Assembly (NCBI RefSeq): GCF_009914755.1
Contig: NC_060931.1
Length of the DNA: 64,000 bases
Reading direction: 5' to 3' (one strand)
Source: the human T2T-CHM13v2.0 reference genome, Homo sapiens
In this document: positions 55,880 to 64,000 of the stretch, one piece after another
Layout: every line of letters begins with the position of its first letter
Position numbering within the stretch: the stretch's first letter is position 1
The notes under the pieces: generated by a model
Told to the model about the DNA's origin: nothing
The model's input: the letters and a program-made list of their open reading frames with translations, nothing else
Databases searched by the model: none
Position numbers and translations under genes: made by a program

Positions 55880-58800
55880 ACTGATCTGCAGATTAATAAG
55901 ATTTCAATCAAAATCTCAACAAGTTTTTTTTTAAGACATAGAAAATCTTATTCTAAAATATTTATGGAAAGGTACAGGCCCCAGAATAGCTAAAACTACC
56001 TTCCACAAGGAGAGTGATGTAGGAGGAACCAGTCTACCTCTTATTAAGTTTGTAAGTAATCAAGACAGTGTGATATTGGTTGCAAAACAGATACATAGAA
56101 TAATGGAACAAAATAAAGCATCCTGAAATAGACTCTTATAAACACTGCCAACTGATTTTTCAAAAAAGTTAAAATCAATTTAGTGAATTCAATTCATAAA
56201 TTTGATTTCATTAAATGGAAATGAAGCATTAAATGGAAATGGAGCAGTAGGCATAAAAGCAAATATTGAAGTAAACCTCACACCACATTCAAACATTAAC
56301 TCAAAATATTTCATGAACTTACATATAAAACTACAAAACTTTTAGAAAAACTATAAGAGAAAATCTTCATATCTAGCTCTAACAACATTCAAACTTGACC
56401 CCAAAAGAATACCCTATACAATAAAAAATTGATACACTGGACCTCATCAAAATTAAAAACTTTTGCTCTGTAAAGAAAATATTTTCTCTGTGCAGAGGAT
56501 AAAAAGGTGAGCTACTGATTAGGAGAAAGTATTTGCAAGTCATGTGATGTGGTTTAGCTCTGTGTCTCCCCACAAATCTCATCTTGAATTGTAGTCCTCA
56601 TGGGCTGAGGAAGGGGTCTGGTGGGAGGTTATTGGATCATGGGGGTGGTTTTCCCCCTGCTGTTCTCATGAGAGTAAGTCAGCTCTCCCAAGATCTGATG
56701 GTTTCAAGTGTTTGACACCTCTTCCTGGCATTCTCTTTCACTCTCTGTCTGTCTGTCTCTCTCTCTCTTGCTGCCATGTAAGACCTGCTTTGCTTCCCAT
56801 TCCCCTTCCGCCATAATTGTAAGTTTTCTGGGGCCTTCCCAGCCATGTGGAACTGTGAATCAATTAAGCCTTTTTTGTTTATAAATTACCCCATCTCAGA
56901 GTTCTTTATAGCAGTGTAAAAATGAATACGTGAAACTTCATAGCAGTACCAAGAGTGGAGCTATAAAGAAACCTAAAAATATGGAAGTGACTTTCAAACT
57001 GGATAACAGGCAGAGTTTGGAAGAGTTTGGAGGACTCAGATGAAGATAGGAAGATGGGGGAATGTTTGAAACTTCCTAGAGACTCATTGAATGGTTTTGA
57101 CCAAAATGCTGATAGTGATATGAACAATGAAGTCCAGGCTGAAGTGGTCTCAGATGGAAATGAGTAACTTATTGGGAACTGGAGAAAAGATCACTCTTGC
57201 TATGCTTTAGCAAAAAGACTGGGGGCATTTTGCCCCTGCCCTAGAGATCTGTGGAAGTCTAAACTTGAGAAAGATTATATAAGGTATCTGGCAGAAGAAA
57301 TTTTTAAGCAGCAAAGCATTCAAGATGTAACCTGGCTGATTCTAAAAGTGTTCAGTCATGTGTTCACAGATTACCTGAAACTGGAACTTATATTTAAAAG
57401 GGAGGCAGAGAATAAAAGTATGAAAAATTTGCAGCCTGACCATCACGTAGAAATGAAAATCCTATTTTCTGGGGAGAAATTCAAGCCAGCTGCAGAAATT
57501 TGCATAAGTAATGAGGAGGCAAATGTTAATAGCCAAAACAATGGGGAAAATGTCTCCAGGGCATGTCAGAGATCTTCACAACATCCCCTTCCATCACAGG
57601 CCCAGAGGCTAAGAGGGAAAAATGGTTTTGTTGGCCAGGCCCAGGGCCCTTGCTCTTCTGTGCAGCCTCAAGATATGGTGCCCTGCCTCCCAGCCACTCT
57701 AGCTCAAGCCACAGCTAATGGGGTACAAGGTAGAGCTTGGAACATTAGTCTGAGGGTGCAAGCCCTAAACCTTCGTGGCTTACATGTGGTGTTGGGCCTG
57801 TGCACAGAAGATAAGAGTTGAGCTTTTGGAGCCTATGCCTGTATTTCAGAGGATGTAAGGAAATGTCCAGATGTCCAAGAAGAAGTCTGCTTCAGGGGTG
57901 GAGCCCTCATGGAGGACCTCTACTAGGGCAGTGCAGAAGGGAAATGTGAGGTTGGAGCCCCACCACAGAGTCTTCACTGGGGCACTGCCTAATGGAGCTA
58001 AGAGAATAAGGCCACAATTCTCCAGACCCCAGAATGGTAGATCCACTGACAGCTTGCACCATATACTTGGAAAAGCCACAGGCACTCAATGCCAGTCTGT
58101 GAAAGCAACCTTGGGGGCTGCACCCTACAGATCCACAGGGGTAGAGCTGCCCAAGGCCTTGAGATCCCACCCCTTTCATCAATGTGCCCTGGATGTAAGA
58201 CATGGAGTCAAAGGAGATCATTTTGAAGCTTTAAGATTTAATGACTGCTCTGCTGAGTTTCAGACTTGCATGGGCCCTGTGCCCCTTTGTTTCAGCCAAT
58301 TTTTCCCATTTGAAATGGGAGTACCTACCCAATGCCTGTACCCCCATTGTATCTTGGAAGTAACTAACTTGCTTTTGGTTTTACAGGCTTATAGGTGGAA
58401 GGGACTTCCCTTGTCTCAGATGAGAATTTGGATTTGGACTTTTGAGTTAATGCTGGAATGAGTTAAGACTTTGGGGAACTGTTTGGAAGTCATGATTGGT
58501 TTTGAAATGTGAAAAAGGCATGAGATTTGGGAGGATCCACGGGTGGAATGATATGGTTTGACTCTGTGTCTCCACCCAAATTGCGTCTCAAATAATAATT
58601 CCCACATGTCAATGGAGGGACCTGGTGGGAGGTGATTGGAACATGGGGGCAATTTCTCTCATGCTGTTTTCATGATAGCGAGTGAGTTCCCCAGAGATCT
58701 GATGGTTTAAAAGTGTTTGGCAGTTCCCTGCTGGCTTGCTCTCTTTCTCTTGCTCTCTCACGCCTGCTGCCATGTAAAATGTGCCTTGCTTCCTATTTAC

Positions 58801-59980
58801 TTTCCACCATGACTGTAATTTCCTGAGGTCTTCCCAGCCACGCAGAACTGTGAGTTATAAACTCTTTTGTTTATACATTACCCAGTCTCAGGTATTTCTT
58901 TATAGCAGTGTGAAAATTGACTAATATATCACATATTCAATAAAGGAAGAGTATCTAGAACTAGTGTTTAGCATTCTCACATTCGACAACAACAAAAATC
59001 CTATAGACAATTCAATTAGAAAATAAGGGTAAAACACATGAATAGTCATTTCATAGAAGAGGACATACAGATGGAAATAAGCCAACAAAATCTATTAGAA
59101 AAATGCAAATTTAAGCTACAATGAGATTACTGCACACCTGTCAGAAGGGCTAATTTTTTTTTTTAGAAAAGTGACACCACCAAATGCTGAAGAAGACATA
59201 AAAAAGCTGTATCATTTATATATTGCTGATAGGAATGTATAATGATACACCCACTCTGGAAATCAATTTGACAAATTCTGATAAACCTAAACACATAATT
59301 ACCATATGGCCTAGCAACTGCATTCTTGAGTACTTATCCCAGACAAATGAAAAATTTTGTCTGCATAACAAACTGTGCATAAGTGTTCACACCAATTCTA
59401 TTTTTAATAGCACAGAATAAAAAAAAATCAAAATGTTCTCCAACTGGTAAATTGTTAAACAATTTCCAGTACATCTATAGCATGAAATACTACTTAACAA
59501 TGAAAAGAAGGAATTATTAGTACTTGCAACAACTTGGATAGATATTCAGAGAGTTGTGCTGAGAAAAAACAAAAGCCAAAAGCCAGTTCCAAAAGGTTAT
59601 ATATACTCTACATTTCCATTTATGCACATTCCTGAAGTGAATAATTATATAGATGAAAAATATTAGTGGTCACCAGGTATTAGAGAATTGCGTGGATGGA
59701 AGGAGATAGATGTGGTTATAAAGGGGCAGCACAATAGATTCTTGTGGGGACAGAATAGTTCTTTATATTGACTGTAGTAGGCAGTACAGAACAGAGTGCA
59801 TGTAAAACTAGTGAAATTCGAGTTTGATAGGTGGATTGAATCAAGGCCAACATCCTATACTATAGTTATGCAAGATTTTACCATTGTGGAGGACTGGGTG
59901 CAGGGTATATGGGATCTCTCTCTATTATTTCTTACATGCATTGAATCTACAATTATCTCAAAACAGAAGTTTAATTAAAA
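55880..59980 (+). mobile_element. L1MC-type 3' portion interrupted by THE1D
   Basis: The ORF2 end and 3' UTR are continuous across the THE1D insertion; ends 'tgaatctacaattatctcaaaa'. Confidence 0.8.
56545..58928 (+). mobile_element. Full-length THE1D MaLR provirus (LTR-int-LTR)
   Basis: LTRs at 56545-56929 and 58549-58928 with ~1.6 kb internal region; 5-bp TSD tcatg/tcaca. Confidence 0.92.
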
Positions 59981-60827
59981 AGTCAATGGGACTAAACTAA
60001 GAGAATATAAATTGATTCCTTAACTTTGGTATTATACTATCACCACGGTAACTAAGTATTATAAATAAGCACCTGACTCAAGATTCTATACAGCATTGTG
60101 TCTAGAATGTATGTAGTGTGTATATTTATTTGTTCTCCTAATAATGTTAGAGCTTTCTAGTCCTTGAAAATTCTAATTTGCAGTAAGATTTGATAGAATA
60201 ATTAAGACTACAGAAATTATCATGCATAGCATTGGTCTCAAGTCCCCCCGTACAAGAGAAGTTGAACTTTTGACATGGATATAAAGCAGACCCAGAAGGC
60301 TGCTGTTAAGTATAGTTTGATTCTTGGATTCAATTTCTGAGCACTTTGAAGTCATTTTATGCCACTTGACTCAAATCATTCATCTCAGTGAAAATTTGTT
60401 AGTTAAATGTCAGCTTCTTGGTGTTAGTCTATAGACTTCACGGAGGGAACCAAGACTGTCTAACAATATTTAAAAAGACACTTCTAGCTCAGGCAGCATG
60501 CCGGAGCAACAGAAGACCTGTGGAATATCCTGGCCGTAGGCCAGTTTTGCTAGCAATAAATATACCAAGAAGAAATAAATAATACATTTAACACCCTCGG
60601 TGAATTGTAGCATAATTCCTGAGAAGAAAATCTTCCTGGCTTTTGTAAATATTTTAACATTCTTTCCAATTTCTAGTAATATGGTGATTCAGGAGTAGCT
60701 ACTACTGTCATTTGTAAAAGACGTAATGGAGATTTGTGGCTTAAAGTAGCTCTCTGCATGTGCTGCAGGCTGTCTACTTTGAGGTACCATCTTATTCTCC
60801 CTGGTTTCAAAGACAGCCTCTATGGTG

Positions 60828-61823
60828 ATCACTCTCTGTTATTTTCTCACTGATTGTGGCTGATGTTAATAATAATTACAAGATTCATCTGTACTTTAAT
60901 TGTCAACAGAATCAGGAAGAACAATATCTAGGCAGGAGTAATTACAAGTAAATCTAAAGAAATGAAATGTTAGTTTTCAAACTTAAGCTAGTTTCAGCTA
61001 TCAAACAGACAGCAGATTATAGTTGCATGTTAGTGCATTTAAGAGGATGCTGGCAGTATTTTAAAATAATTAATAATATTATAATACACATGCTCTATTA
61101 AGGACCAAAAACATCTCTCCTTTAAGAGATATTGCAACTGAATATATATTTGGTCTATTCATGAGAACATGTGTAATTGTTAAGATGACATTACTTTTCA
61201 ATTAGAGTCGTTGCTAGATATCAATATAACCTGTTATAAAAAGAGTTATTTCATCACATTATCACTTAATAGCTTGACAACTAACATGTCTCATCATTTT
61301 TACTTTATTGTCTCAAAGTTTTAATTACTACAATAAATACATGTTGTCTCCATCAGTAGATTTTTTTTAAAAAAAATAGTAAATATTTTGATACAGTAGG
61401 CAACTGAAAATATAGGTACATGGCAGCTTATTTAGGGGAGAAGTAAACAGAATAGAAAGAAAATTAACTTTTACAGTTCTGACGATAATGAAGACAAGGT
61501 TTCTTTTTTTTAAAAGTCATTTAGACAGTATCTTTTAAAACCAACAGTAGCTCTTTGTCATTCTCTGCATGCTCCAAGATTCCTTCTGTCTAATACACAA
61601 TTATTAACAAAAACTCTATCTTCTAATTTTGGCTGCCTTAAAAACATTAGCAGGGGCCATTTATCATCATATTTCTTATTAAAGCTTGGAAGAAACACCA
61701 CATAGCAGTGTATCTTGGAAGTTGGAACTGTGAAGAAAATCACTGTCTGTTATTTTCTCACCGATTGTGGCTAATATTAAAAATAATTACTATTACAAGA
61801 TTTGCCTGTACTTTAATTGCCAA
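60828..61823 (+). repeat. Dispersed ~80-bp direct repeat (60828-60906 and 61739-61823)
   Basis: atcact.tctgttattttctcac.gattgtggct.at.ttaa...ttacaagatt...ctgtactttaattg.caa is present twice. Confidence 0.9.
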
Positions 61824-62309
61824 TTTTCACAGATCCATTGACTTAAAATTTCATTCTTATCTTGTAGAATTATTCATAGTTGTCCTTTCCCCCCATTATT
61901 TGGATGTCCTAGAGTTATCCAAGATAGCATTTTGAGTTTCCCTTCTCAGCTGTCCTGGCAAAATCAGTTCCCTAATGAAGATGTATGGAACAGCCACTGG
62001 GCATTGCCACAGTATGTTTTAAAAAAACACACAAAAATAAGTTTGATCTGTTTAGACTGACAACACAGTAAAAAATCTGATGTGTTTCTTCATTTGTTAT
62101 TTATTCTTCTTATTAGTTTTTTTTCCACTTATTAAAGGTTCTTTAGAGACATTTGCCTTCAATATTCTGCCTTTAAGTTATTCTTTTCAGCAAATGATTG
62201 ATCATTGCTCTCATACCATAAAGAGGTGACAGTGTTTTCTGTTCTGAATGTGTGGTATAACTGAAATCAAGCATTCTCCTTTCAGTGGTCTGAATCTTTC
62301 CAGAGCTTT

Positions 62310-62608
62310 TTCTTTCTTTTTTTTTTTCTTTTTTCTTTTTTTTGAGACAGGGTCTGGCTCTTGTTGCCCAGGTTGGAGTGCAGTGGCGCAATCTGGGCTC
62401 CCAGGTTCAAGCGATTCTCCTGCCTCAGCCTCCCGAGTAGCTAGGATTACAGGAACGTGCCATCATGCCCAGCTAAATTTGTATTTTTAGTGGAGACAGG
62501 GTTTCACCATGTTGGCCAGGCTGGTCTCCAATTCTTGACTTCAAGTGATCCGCTCACCTTGGCCTTTCACAGTGCTGGGATTACAGGCGTGAGCCACCAC
62601 GCCCAGCC
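62310..62608 (-). mobile_element. AluS with a small internal deletion
   Basis: TSD cagagcttt at 62301-62309 and 62609-62617. Confidence 0.92.
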
Positions 62609-62855
62609 CAGAGCTTTCTTATTACAGAAAGCCATAAAAAATATGAACATAAATGCTTATTTTCCTCTTTTCCAATATTAATGTTAGCATATTGTATATC
62701 ACTACCAGCAATTTTTCACTTAGACATAGTTGTTTAATAAAACATGTTGAGCATCTCAATTCATTTTACTCATGCTTATAGGTGCATCATATTTTAATAC
62801 TTATTGACCAAGTTTTTTTTTTTTGCTGCACTATACCATGCTTTGTTGAATAACC

Positions 62856-63012
62856 ATATATATATATGTGGTTTTATATATATATATACACACACATATA
62901 TATGTGTATATATATATGTATATATATGTGTATATATATGTGTATATATGTGTATATATGTGTGTATATCTATGTATATATATGTGTAATATATATATGT
63001 GTATATATATAT
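62856..63012. repeat. (TA)n/(TATG)n simple repeat
   Basis: Directly visible. Confidence 0.95.
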
Positions 63013-63107
63013 AGCATTTATTGGCCACTGGAGGTTAAATTCCTAGATGTGACAGACGTACTACATATGTGATGTAATGTTTGAACGATATTATAAAATT
63101 AAAATCT

Positions 63108-63331
63108 AGGGCAAAGTTTCTTAACAGCAACACTATCGACTTTTTAATTATTGGCCAGATAATTTTTTATGGAAGCCATCCTATGTATTGTAGGGCATGG
63201 AGCAGTATCCTTGGCCTTTACCCACTAGATGCCAGTCGCAACCCTCTCTACAGTTATGACAATCAAAAACATGTACAGATATTGCCAAATTTTCTCTGGG
63301 AGGACAGAATCATTCTAATTCAAAACCTCTG
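63108..63331 (+). mobile_element. MER20 (hAT-Charlie)
   Basis: 'cctatgtattgtagg', 'tacccactagatgccag' and 'agatattgccaaat'. Confidence 0.85.
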
Positions 63332-64000
63332 TTCTAGGTTGTCTTACCAATTTATAGCACTGCTTGCTGGGTAAGATTATCTATTTTTCTTACCAACAAG
63401 GTATATAATCAAACTTAGAAGTTTTTGACAATTTTATCAGAAAGGGAATAGAATATCTGCAACATTTCCATTTTAATTTCTCTTATTATAAGAGAATGAG
63501 CATTCTGTCATTTTTTGCCCTTTCTATATCTGTTCTTTACACTGTTTATTTTATTGTTAGTCTATTTGTACTTTCAATTGAATGTATTTTTAATAAATTT
63601 TTAAGACTTTTGTATCTTAGAGTGGTAACTTCTTTGAAATATAAATTAAGAATGCTTTTTGAGTTAGGCATTTGTTTTCTGGTTTTCATTATGCTGTTAT
63701 GATTATGCATATTTTAAAAAATCTTTTATTTGGTTGCATTTCTCAATCTTTAATTTTATGACTTCTGAATTTTGAGCCATAATTGGAAAGGCTCCCTTGG
63801 TCCATGATTTTTAAGGTGTTTACACATATTTTTGTCTAGTACATTTATAGCTTTGTTTCTTATATGAATCTGCCATCAAATGTGAAATTTATCCAGTATT
63901 CAGGGTATTAATCTTCTTTCTGCAGAATTCTTTATTATAATCTTTAAAGTATAGTATTCTTTTATGCATTATTTCCTTTTAGCTAGCCAAAACACAATTA

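Larger units (their letters stand above)
62640..64000 (-). mobile_element. L1ME-type 3' fragments interrupted by a simple repeat and MER20
   Basis: 'taaattcctagatgtg', 'ccattttaatt...ttcttattataag' and 'ttacacatatttttgtctagtac'. Confidence 0.55.

Overview
This is AT-rich, CpG-poor primate (very likely human) genomic DNA, either intergenic or deep-intronic. I see no protein-coding gene, RNA gene, CpG island or CRISPR array. The ORF track is largely explained by Alu, L1 ORF2, THE1 internal sequence, simple repeats or chance. Roughly half or more of the window is interspersed repeats: eleven Alus (Y, S and J types), many L1s, two MaLR proviruses with internal sequence (MLT1 and THE1D), solo LTRs, DNA transposons (Tigger4b, another Tigger, MER58B, MER20), MIR and L2. 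The L1s include a 5'-inverted L1PA with TSDs and an L1MA retaining both ends. Subfamily names come from my recollection of consensus sequences, not a database search. I find no convincing new biological system. The best second-look items are a 29-bp palindromic minisatellite at a MER58B end, an ~80-bp dispersed duplication in apparently unique DNA, a template-switch micro-inversion in an L1, a 300-bp purine tract next to a candidate minus-strand micro-exon, a chimeric L1MA, four-level TE nesting, and a repeat-poor 44.6-54.6 kb block with enhancer-like and splice-like motifs.
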